Origin: Betaproteobacteria bacterium
Lineage (GTDB): Bacteria; Pseudomonadota; Gammaproteobacteria; Burkholderiales; Ga0077523
Direction: 5' to 3'
Assembly (NCBI GenBank): GCA_025350245.1
Contig: JANXYG010000125.1
Coordinates: forward strand, 90-64,089
DNA: 64,000 nucleotides
A model generated the notes under the pieces. That model made no database searches. It was not told the DNA's origin and saw only the letters and a program-made list of their open reading frames with translations. Positions 31,955 to 40,116 of the stretch are shown piece by piece. The stretch's first letter is position 1. Each line of letters opens with the position of its first letter. The position numbers and the translations under genes were made by a program.

Positions 31955-33708
31955 TCGATATGGCCATCTCCGTCGCACCAACGCCCAAGCCTCCGGTACC
32001 GGACCCGCCGCGCCGCAAGATGCGGCTTGGCGAGTTGCTGGTGCAGCAGGGACTGGTCACGCCCGACCAGTTGCGCATCGCGCTCACCGAGCAAAAATCG
32101 CAGCGCATGCCGATCGGGCGGCTGCTGGTGCGCCTGGGATTCGTCACCGAGGCGGTGATCCGCGATCTCATGGCGCGCGCCATCGGCCAGGAAGCCATCG
32201 ACCTCTCGCAGGTCGTGGTCGACGCCGACGCGCTCAAGTTCGTGCCGCAGGAATTTGCCCGGCGCCAGCGGATGCTGCCGATCGCCTTCGAGACCAACGA
32301 GCGCGTGCTCACGGTCGCCACCACCGAGATGTTCAACGTGGTGGCGGTGGACCAGTTGCGCGCCGCGCTGCCATCGAACGTGCAACTGCGCACCGTGCTC
32401 GCCGGGGAAGCCCAGCTCGAGGACTTCATCGATCAGTTCTACGGCTTCGAGCTGTCGGTCGACGGCATCCTGCGGGAGATCGAGACCGGCGAGATCGACT
32501 GGCAGAGTCTCCAGTCCGGCGGCGACGAATACACCCAGCCGATCGTGCGGCTGGTCAATGCGCTGATGATCGACGCCGTGAAGCGCGGCGCCTCGGACAT
32601 CCACTTCGAGCCCGAACTCGCCTTCCTGCGCATTCGCTACCGCATCGACGGCGTCCTCGAGCAGGTCCGAAGCCTGCACAAGAACTACTGGCCCGGCATT
32701 GCCGTGCGGCTCAAGGTCGTGAGCGGCATGAACATCGCCGAGACCCGGGCACCGCAGGATGGCCGCATCTCGCTCAACCTGAACGGTCGGCCGGTCGATT
32801 TCCGGGTGTCGTGCCATCCGACCATCTACGGCGAGAACATCGTCCTGCGCATCCTCGACCGCCAGAAGGCGATCATCAGCCTGGATCAGATGCGCCTGCC
32901 CAAACCGGTGCTGGCGAAGCTCAACCTGATGCTGGCGCGGCCCGAGGGCATCCTCGTGATCACTGGCCCTACCGGCAGCGGCAAGACCACGACGCTCTAC
33001 TCGCTGCTGTCGCAAGTAAACGTCGAAGGGGTCAACATCATGACCCTCGAAGATCCGGTCGAGTATCCGGTCGCGCTGATCCGGCAGACCTCGGTGGGCG
33101 ACGCGGTCAAGCTCGATTTCGCCAACGGCATCCGCTCGATCATGCGCCAGGACCCGGACATCATCCTGGTGGGCGAAGTGCGCGACCGCGAGACCGCCGA
33201 GATGGCATTCCGGGCGGCGATGACCGGTCACCAGGTGTTCACCACGCTGCACACCAATTCGGCGCTGGGCGCATTTCCGCGACTGCTCGACATCGGCATC
33301 CTGCCCGACATCATCGCCGGCAACGTCATCGGGATCATCGCCCAGCGGCTGGTGCGCACGCTGTGCCGTCATTGCAAGATCGAATACCGACCGTCGCTCG
33401 AGGAAAAACACATTCTCGGGCTGCCCCCGGAAAGCCCGGCCACCGTGTTCCGGCATCATGACGGCGGCTGCCAGCACTGCAACGCCCGCGGCTTCAAGGG
33501 GCGGATGGCGATCCTCGAGATCCTGCACATGGACGCCGATCTCGACGAACTCGTGGCGCGCCGCGCGACCGCGCGGGAACTGCGACGCGCCGCCGACGAA
33601 CGCGGCTTCCGTTCGCTGGCCGACGAGGGCGTGGCGCGCGTGCTCGAGGGCGCCACCAGCATCGCCGAGGTGTCGCGATCGGTCGACCTCACGGCACGGG
33701 TACTCTAG
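31951..33708 (+). CDS. MshE-type type IV filament assembly ATPase (GspE/PilB family)
   Basis: It has Walker A GPTGSGKTT, the tetracysteine CRHC...CQHC and an N-terminal MshEN-type tandem motif. An ATGA overlap joins it to the upstream gene at 31951. Confidence 0.9.
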   Translation: MIDMAISVAPTPKPPVPDPPRRKMRLGELLVQQGLVTPDQLRIALTEQKSQRMPIGRLLVRLGFVTEAVIRDLMARAIGQEAIDLSQVVVDADALKFVPQEFARRQRMLPIAFETNERVLTVATTEMFNVVAVDQLRAALPSNVQLRTVLAGEAQLEDFIDQFYGFELSVDGILREIETGEIDWQSLQSGGDEYTQPIVRLVNALMIDAVKRGASDIHFEPELAFLRIRYRIDGVLEQVRSLHKNYWPGIAVRLKVVSGMNIAETRAPQDGRISLNLNGRPVDFRVSCHPTIYGENIVLRILDRQKAIISLDQMRLPKPVLAKLNLMLARPEGILVITGPTGSGKTTTLYSLLSQVNVEGVNIMTLEDPVEYPVALIRQTSVGDAVKLDFANGIRSIMRQDPDIILVGEVRDRETAEMAFRAAMTGHQVFTTLHTNSALGAFPRLLDIGILPDIIAGNVIGIIAQRLVRTLCRHCKIEYRPSLEEKHILGLPPESPATVFRHHDGGCQHCNARGFKGRMAILEILHMDADLDELVARRATARELRRAADERGFRSLADEGVARVLEGATSIAEVSRSVDLTARVL

Positions 33709-33750
33709 CGCCGCGCCCATGGGGCCAGCCCTCACGGACCCCTATTCCCG

Positions 33751-34953
33751 ATGCCGTCCTTCCAGTACAAGGCAGTCGACCCTGCCGGACTGTCCTCCCG
33801 GGGCAAACTCGAAGCATCCAACGAGGTCGACCTCGAGTTGCGCCTCAAGCGCATGGGCCTCGATCTCATCACGGTTCGCCAGACCCGCTCGGGCGGCGGT
33901 AGCGCCACCGCCAACATCAACCGCAAGGATCTGATCAATCTCTGCTTCGACCTCGAGCAGATGACCGGTGCCGGCATTTCACTGCTCGATGGCCTGCGCG
34001 ATCTGCGCGACAGCGTCGGCGGGAGCGGGATGAAGGCGGTGCTCACGGCACTGGTCGAAGACATCGAGGGCGGCCGCATGCTGTCGCAGGCCATGGGTCA
34101 GCACCCCAAGGTGTTCAACGGCGTATTCGTGAGCCTGGTGGCGGCAGGCGAGCAGTCGGGCCAGCTGACCGAGATTTTCCGCAGCCTGTCCGAGTCGCTG
34201 CGCTGGCAGGACGAACTCGCGGCGCAGACCAAGAAGGTGCTCATCTATCCGGCGATCCTGACGTTCCAGCTGATCGCGGTGACCGTTTTCCTGCTCGTCT
34301 ACCTGGTACCCCAGGTGGTGAGCGTGCTCAAGACCATGCAGGTGGACCTGCCGATACAGACAGTCGTGCTGATCGGGGTGTCCGGTTTCGTGGTCCGCTT
34401 CTGGTGGCTGGTCATCGGCCTGCCGGTACTGACGGTGGTCGGGGGCATCGTACTGTTCAGGTCGAGCGACAAGGCGCGCTTCGAGTTCGACCGCCTCAAG
34501 CTGCGCCTGCCGGTCATCGGTCCGGTGTTCCAGAAGATCATCCTGGCACGCTTCGCGAGCTTCTTCGCGCTGATGTACCGGTCGGGCATCACCGTGCTCG
34601 ACGCCATGCGAACCAGCCAGAACATCGCCGGCAACCTCGTCATCGCCGATGCCCTGCAGCGGGCGACCGTGCGGGTCAATGCCGGAGAGCCGCTGTCCGA
34701 AGCGATTGCCGGCACCGGGATGTTTCCGTCGCTGGTGATCCGGATGCTGCGGGTGGGCGAAGCCACCGGCGCGCTCGATACCGCCCTGCTGAACGTCAAC
34801 TACTTCTACACCCGTGACGTAAAGGATTCGGTGGAGGGCGCGCTCAAGCTGATCGAACCGATCCTGACCCTGTTGATGGGCGGTCTGCTCGCGCTCATCC
34901 TGTTCTCGGTCCTCACGCCGATCTACGACATGATCGGCAAGATGAAGTTTTGA
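33751..34953 (+). CDS. GspF/PilC/MshG-family inner-membrane platform protein
   Basis: The 400-aa product starts with the typical MPSFQYKAVDPAG. It has a duplicated cytoplasmic domain and three-TM architecture. Confidence 0.85.
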   Translation: MPSFQYKAVDPAGLSSRGKLEASNEVDLELRLKRMGLDLITVRQTRSGGGSATANINRKDLINLCFDLEQMTGAGISLLDGLRDLRDSVGGSGMKAVLTALVEDIEGGRMLSQAMGQHPKVFNGVFVSLVAAGEQSGQLTEIFRSLSESLRWQDELAAQTKKVLIYPAILTFQLIAVTVFLLVYLVPQVVSVLKTMQVDLPIQTVVLIGVSGFVVRFWWLVIGLPVLTVVGGIVLFRSSDKARFEFDRLKLRLPVIGPVFQKIILARFASFFALMYRSGITVLDAMRTSQNIAGNLVIADALQRATVRVNAGEPLSEAIAGTGMFPSLVIRMLRVGEATGALDTALLNVNYFYTRDVKDSVEGALKLIEPILTLLMGGLLALILFSVLTPIYDMIGKMKF

Positions 34954-34955
34954 CG

Positions 34956-36533
34956 ATGGCGAACCGGCTACTGGTCTGCATATCGGCACACGGGGTTTCG
35001 GTCGCGCGCTGGAACGGGAAGCTCTTCGCCACCACCCGTTTCGACAACGACGACGCGGGACTGGACGGCTTCACGCGGTATCTCAAAGCCGGCCGCTCGG
35101 CACCGGTGCATGTCATGGTCGACAGCACCGACGAGGATTACCGGGTCGAGACGCTGCCGCACACCGGGGGCCGTGACCGTCGCGAGCTGGTCCAGCGCAA
35201 GCTGAAGCAGATCTATCGAACCACCCCCTATTTCGCGGCGGTGGCGCAGCCGGTCGCCAAACCGCAGAACCGGCTCAAGGGCGCCCGGCGCGAAGACCGC
35301 TTCCTGTTCGCGGCCCTGACCGAGGCCGACCTGCTCGCGCCCTGGATCAACGCGATCACCGCCCGCGCTCTGCCAGTCGCCGGCGTGTTTCCGCTGCCCG
35401 CCGTCACCGCGGCGGTGGTGCCGCGGCTGAAGCTGAAGAGCGAGAATCTGCTGGTGATCTCGAAGGATGTCGCCGGCTTTCGGCAGACCTTCTTCAAGGA
35501 CGGCCGTTTCCGTCTCACCCGCCTGACCCAGGCGCGCGGCGGCGGCGACCGCACCATCGACTGGTCGTTCGCGGACGAAGTCCGGAACACCCGGCTGTAT
35601 CTCGACGCGCTCGGCGTCACTCTCGCCGACAACCTGGTCGATGTGCTCATTCTCGACCACGACAACTCCCTGGCGAGCCTGCACCAGGCGCTCGAGCACA
35701 AGCGCGGCAACCTGCAGTGTCAGCGCCTCGCCCGCGAAGAGCTGATACTGAAACTGAAGGTGCCCGATGCGGCCATCGCGGCGACCCCCGATGCCCTGCA
35801 TCTGCAGCTCCTGGGCAGCTACACCCCGGTCGAGAACCTGGCACCGGCCGCGTTGCTCGAGCCATACCGCCTGTTTCGCGCGCGCCGCTGGCTGTTTGCG
35901 GCTACGGCCGCGGTTGTCGCCATCGGCGGCATCTGGTTCGGCATCGACCTGCAACGCGTCCAGTCCATCGACGACGAATCGCGTCGGTTCTCGACCGACG
36001 CGGCGCGCTTCGAAGCGCAATATCGCGAACTGACACGCCAGTTCCCGCAGGCGCCGGCGAGTTCTGCAACGCTCAAGCTCACCGTCGAGGTGGCGGCGCG
36101 CATCCGTGACAACGTCCGGACCCCGGAGACCCTGTTCGCGGTGGTGAGCGACGCCCTGGCATCGTCGCCGACCGTCGCGGTGACCAGCCTCGCCTGGAAG
36201 TACGGCAAGTATCCCGATGCCGCAACGGCGTTCGCGCCGGCCTCGATCACCGGGACCGCCACCGATCGCGAGTGGCGCCAGGTCGGTCTGATGGTCGGCG
36301 AGATCACCCCGTTCGCCGGCGACTATCGCTCCGCCATTTCCAGCATCCGCGACTTCGCCCAGCGGCTGCGACAAAGTCCCCTCGTGGCCGACGTGAGGAT
36401 CATCAAGCTGCCGCTCGACGCCAGCTCGCGGCAGAGTCTGACCGGGAGCACGGCGACCGCGACCGAACAGCGACGCAGCGCGCTGTTCGAGATCGCCATC
36501 ACCTACAAGCCGCAACCGGGGCTGCCCGCATGA
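34956..36533 (+). CDS. bitopic assembly protein with GspL / PilM-PilN-fusion (MshI-like) architecture
   Basis: The 525-aa product has a ~310-aa cytoplasmic domain, one TM (WLFAATAAVVAIGGIWFGIDL) and a ~190-aa periplasmic domain. The call is by position and topology only. Confidence 0.5.
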   Translation: MANRLLVCISAHGVSVARWNGKLFATTRFDNDDAGLDGFTRYLKAGRSAPVHVMVDSTDEDYRVETLPHTGGRDRRELVQRKLKQIYRTTPYFAAVAQPVAKPQNRLKGARREDRFLFAALTEADLLAPWINAITARALPVAGVFPLPAVTAAVVPRLKLKSENLLVISKDVAGFRQTFFKDGRFRLTRLTQARGGGDRTIDWSFADEVRNTRLYLDALGVTLADNLVDVLILDHDNSLASLHQALEHKRGNLQCQRLAREELILKLKVPDAAIAATPDALHLQLLGSYTPVENLAPAALLEPYRLFRARRWLFAATAAVVAIGGIWFGIDLQRVQSIDDESRRFSTDAARFEAQYRELTRQFPQAPASSATLKLTVEVAARIRDNVRTPETLFAVVSDALASSPTVAVTSLAWKYGKYPDAATAFAPASITGTATDREWRQVGLMVGEITPFAGDYRSAISSIRDFAQRLRQSPLVADVRIIKLPLDASSRQSLTGSTATATEQRRSALFEIAITYKPQPGLPA

Positions 36534-37150
36534 AGACCGGCCCGCAAAACGTGTGGTCGCTGGTGGGGCCGGCGCTGGTCCTGGTCATTGCCGCCGCGCT
36601 CACGCTGATGGCGATTTGGTACGCCGAAGGGCTGGTCGCAAACCGCCAGCAGTTGCGCGACACCGCCCAGCGACAACGCGTCGATGCGGATAAGAAGCAC
36701 GCCAATGCCGGCGCCGAGAAGAAACTCATAACGGACTATCTCGCCCCGTACTCGGCGTTGCAGGACGCCGGGTTCGTCGGTGGCGAGCAACGCATCGACT
36801 GGGTCGACAGCCTGCGTACCGCCAACCGCGCGGCCGGCCTGTTCGGGGTCAACTACGATATCGGCCAGCAGGAAGCCTATCCGCTGGCGAGGGATCTGGG
36901 CGCCGGCGATCTGCCGCTCAAGCAGTCACCGATGAAGCTCACCCTGCCGCTGCTCCACGAGGGCGACCTGATGGCGTTCTTCCGCAGCCTTGCCGCGCAG
37001 CGCGCCGGCCTGTTCATGCTCAACGGCTGCAACCTGAGGCGCACCGGCATCGTCCCGCCCAGCGGAACCCAGGCAAACCTCACCGCCGAGTGCGAGGTCG
37101 CCTGGATCACCGTCGACGATACCCAGGCGAAAGCGGGACAACGGCCATGA
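36530..37150 (+). CDS. bitopic protein in the PilO/GspM/MshJ slot
   Basis: The 206-aa product has ATGA coupling at both ends. It has an N-terminal TM (LVGPALVLVIAAALTLMAIW) and a periplasmic domain. No family motif was recognised. Confidence 0.5.
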   Translation: MKTGPQNVWSLVGPALVLVIAAALTLMAIWYAEGLVANRQQLRDTAQRQRVDADKKHANAGAEKKLITDYLAPYSALQDAGFVGGEQRIDWVDSLRTANRAAGLFGVNYDIGQQEAYPLARDLGAGDLPLKQSPMKLTLPLLHEGDLMAFFRSLAAQRAGLFMLNGCNLRRTGIVPPSGTQANLTAECEVAWITVDDTQAKAGQRP

Positions 37151-37809
37151 CGATCAGGATGCCGGCCGTGCCGGCGCTGCTGCTGGTTCTGCTGTCGGGG
37201 TCCACACTCGCCGAAGACCCCCTCGGGCGTCTGTTCTTCACGCCGGCCCAGCGCGTAGAACTCGACCGCGAACGCGCCGCCGCGGCCACCAACGCGTCGC
37301 GACCGGCGGCGGTGCAGGCCCAGCCGAAGGCACCCCCACCGAAGATGGTGACCCTGAACGGTATCGTGCGCCGCAGCGACGGCGAAACCACGGTGTGGGT
37401 GAACAACAAGCCTCTGCACGAGCGCTTCGGCGATGCCGAGATCGATGCCGGGTCCATCGCCCGCGAGGGCGTCGGCATCAATCTCCCGGCTTCGGGCAAA
37501 CAGGTGCGCCTCAAGGTCGGACAGACGGTCGATGCCACCAGTGGCAGGGTGGCGGAAAGCTATGACCACCGGGCGCCGCAACCGCCGTCGACCAGGGACG
37601 CCGAAACCGCGGCGCAGGAGGCGAAAGCCGTCGCCGCCGACACGACCGCCAGGGCCGAAACCGATGCCAGGCGGCGTGAAGCCATCCGCAGCCGGCGTGA
37701 ACGCCAGCGCGCCGAGCCCCAGGTTCTCTTCGAGACCGAACCACCGGCGGGGGCCCCCGCGCCTGGCACCACCACCGTCACCACCATCACGAATGACGCG
37801 GCACGCTGA
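37147..37809 (+). CDS. secreted periplasmic protein in the PilP/MshK slot
   Basis: The 220-aa product has a signal peptide (MPAVPALLLVLLSGSTLA). It has a beta-rich core (LNGIVRRSDGETTVWVNNK) and an Arg/Glu-rich tail. Confidence 0.45.
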   Translation: MTIRMPAVPALLLVLLSGSTLAEDPLGRLFFTPAQRVELDRERAAAATNASRPAAVQAQPKAPPPKMVTLNGIVRRSDGETTVWVNNKPLHERFGDAEIDAGSIAREGVGINLPASGKQVRLKVGQTVDATSGRVAESYDHRAPQPPSTRDAETAAQEAKAVAADTTARAETDARRREAIRSRRERQRAEPQVLFETEPPAGAPAPGTTTVTTITNDAAR

Positions 37810-39256
37810 CGGGTTTCCCGCACGCGAGCGCGGCGTCGTCGTGCTGCTGATGCTGGTGCTGGGGGCGCTCGTGGGCGTGCTGTTCTTCACCGGGGTCCTC
37901 GGCGGCGGACCCACCACCAGCGAGCGCGATCTCATCACGCGCGCCGCACTCGCCAAGGCGAAGACCGCACTGATCGACTATGCGGTCACCTATATGGACA
38001 CGCATCCCAACATGCCGCCCGGCTTCCTGCCTTGCCCCGAAATCGACGGCAGCCTGCGTGAAGGATCGCCGGCCCTGGGCGGCTGCAACAACGTCGGCGA
38101 GAACGCGATCGGGCGCCTGCCCTGGTACACGCTCGGCATCGAACCGTTGCGGGACGGCTACGGCGAATGTCTCTGGTACGCCGTATCAGGCAACTACAAG
38201 AACGACCCCGCGCCGTTGCTGCTCAACTGGAACTCCAACGGGACCCTGCGCGCCTTCCTCGCGGTCCCGGTAGGCGGAACCCCGCCCCCGCTCGACAACA
38301 ACGTGCTGCAACGCGCCGTCGCCGTGATCATCGCGCCCGGACCGGCGCTTGGTACCCAGACACGTAACATGGCGACCGTGAATCCAGCGCCAGATCTGTG
38401 TCGCGGCAACCGCATCGCGGCGAACTATCTGGAAACCAGCAACAGCGTCAACAATGCGGCCATGGCGACGATCGGCGAGGCCAGCTTCATTTCCGGCGTG
38501 CCGACCGCGGCCTTCAACGACCGGCTTATCACCATCACCGCGGGCGAGATCTGGGCGGCGATCCTGCGGCGGCCGGATTTCCAGGCCCGGCTGCGGCTTC
38601 TCACCCAGAGGGTGGCCGAGTGCATCGCGTATTACCCGCAGACCGGCGCCACCGGCAATGCCAACGATCGCCGGCTGCCCTGGGCATCGAACCCCGGTTA
38701 CTTCGATCGCGAGCCGATCTACTACAGCGATGACCTCTCGCGCACGCTGGCGGGCCGGGCGCCGTACTCGGTCAGTGTTTCGAACGTGGACATCGGCCGC
38801 ACCACGTGGGGTACCAGCACGACCCTGCTGGGTGAAAACGGTGTCGCCAGCGGCAAGTGCCCCACGGGTGCCGCGGGCTGGAACACGATGATCAACAACT
38901 GGTGGAATCACTGGCGCGATCATGTGTTCTACGCGGTGAGCCGCAACTTCGCACCGAACGGACAGGCGTCCAACACCGGGTGTTCGCCGAGCACCAACTG
39001 CATCACCGTCGACGGCGTCGGACCGTACGCGGGCGTGGTGATGTTCGCCGGGGAGATCCTGCCGGCAGTGACGCCGAACCAGACCCGGTTCTCGGATTCA
39101 TTGAAGTTCAACTTCGCGTCCTATCTTGAGGCGCGCAACAAGAGCGCCAATGCCGCCGGCAACAACGACTACCAGACGTCGGCGACCGCGGCGCCGCCGT
39201 TCAACGACATTCTCTACTGCATTAACGTGACGCTGGCGGTAGCTGCGTGCCCATGA
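37793..39256 (+). CDS. large (487 aa) pilin-like protein with non-canonical N-terminus (GspK/PilX-like)
   Basis: The N-terminus RERGVVVLLMLVLGALVGVLF has a hydrophobic helix but no Phe+1/Glu+5. Several motifs are shared with the downstream prepilin (LPCP, YAVSG). Confidence 0.55.
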   Translation: MTRHADGFPARERGVVVLLMLVLGALVGVLFFTGVLGGGPTTSERDLITRAALAKAKTALIDYAVTYMDTHPNMPPGFLPCPEIDGSLREGSPALGGCNNVGENAIGRLPWYTLGIEPLRDGYGECLWYAVSGNYKNDPAPLLLNWNSNGTLRAFLAVPVGGTPPPLDNNVLQRAVAVIIAPGPALGTQTRNMATVNPAPDLCRGNRIAANYLETSNSVNNAAMATIGEASFISGVPTAAFNDRLITITAGEIWAAILRRPDFQARLRLLTQRVAECIAYYPQTGATGNANDRRLPWASNPGYFDREPIYYSDDLSRTLAGRAPYSVSVSNVDIGRTTWGTSTTLLGENGVASGKCPTGAAGWNTMINNWWNHWRDHVFYAVSRNFAPNGQASNTGCSPSTNCITVDGVGPYAGVVMFAGEILPAVTPNQTRFSDSLKFNFASYLEARNKSANAAGNNDYQTSATAAPPFNDILYCINVTLAVAACP

Positions 39257-40029
39257 TGGTCTCGCGGCGCCGGCGCGATGCCGGCTTTTCCCTGATCGAG
39301 CTGGCCATCGGCCTGGTGATCGTCGCGACCCTGTTGTCGAGTCTGCTGGTACCCCTGGTCACGCAGCTCGACCAGAAGCGCACCGCCGAAACCCAGCGCC
39401 TGCTGGAGCAGGCACGCGAAGCGCTGATCGGCTTCGCCGCGGCCAACAACCGCCTGCCCTGCCCGGCGACCGACGCGCCCGGCGCCACCGGCAACGAGAG
39501 CTTTGCCGCCGGGGGCTCCGCCACCACTGGCGCATGCTTGGCGGCGACCGGCCCCCTGCCCGGGGTAACGCTGGGCCTGTCGCCGCTGGATGCGCAGGGA
39601 TTCTATGTCGATGCCTTCGCCAGCGACCGCAATCGCATTCGCTACGCGGTGTCCGGCCAGATGGTGAACGGCGTCACCAACCCCTTCACCCGCATCAACG
39701 GGATGAAGAACGCGACGATGACTGCCATTGCAGCATCCAGCAGCCTGCTGTTCGTGTGCAGCGCGACGCCGGCGGCATCGAACTGCGGCACGGCGACCGC
39801 GCTCGCCAACGGCACCGCCATCGCGGTCGTCTTCTCGCCCGGAAAGAACGCGATCCTCAATGCGCCCAGCGCCGACGAGCTGGAGAACACCGACACCGAC
39901 AACGTGTTCGTGAGCCGGCCCTATTCCGACCGGACCGGAGGGGCGAGCACCGTGTTCGACGATCAGATGCTCTGGTTGTCACCGGCGCCGCTGTTCAGCC
40001 GCCTGCTCAGCGCCGGCGCGCTCCCCTGA
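39253..40029 (+). CDS. prepilin-type protein (minor pilin/pseudopilin)
   Basis: It has the class III signal RRRRDAG|FSLIELAIGLVIVATLL. An ATGA overlap joins it to the upstream gene (ATG 39253). Confidence 0.85.
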   Translation: MMVSRRRRDAGFSLIELAIGLVIVATLLSSLLVPLVTQLDQKRTAETQRLLEQAREALIGFAAANNRLPCPATDAPGATGNESFAAGGSATTGACLAATGPLPGVTLGLSPLDAQGFYVDAFASDRNRIRYAVSGQMVNGVTNPFTRINGMKNATMTAIAASSSLLFVCSATPAASNCGTATALANGTAIAVVFSPGKNAILNAPSADELENTDTDNVFVSRPYSDRTGGASTVFDDQMLWLSPAPLFSRLLSAGALP

Positions 40030-40116
40030 AAGGGACCCCTCCGCTCATCGAGTCCCTTCGTTCAGCGCCCCCAGCCTGAGGTCCTGCTGGTGGTGGGTCA
40101 AGGCGGCCGCGGTTGT

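Noticed and set aside
40051-40080. A possible further repeat fragment (TCCCTTCGTTCAGC, reverse of the GCTGAACGAAGGGA unit start) lies between the operon end and the kinase gene.
   Set aside because: Only about 14 nt match convincingly, and the remainder diverges. This is too short to call.
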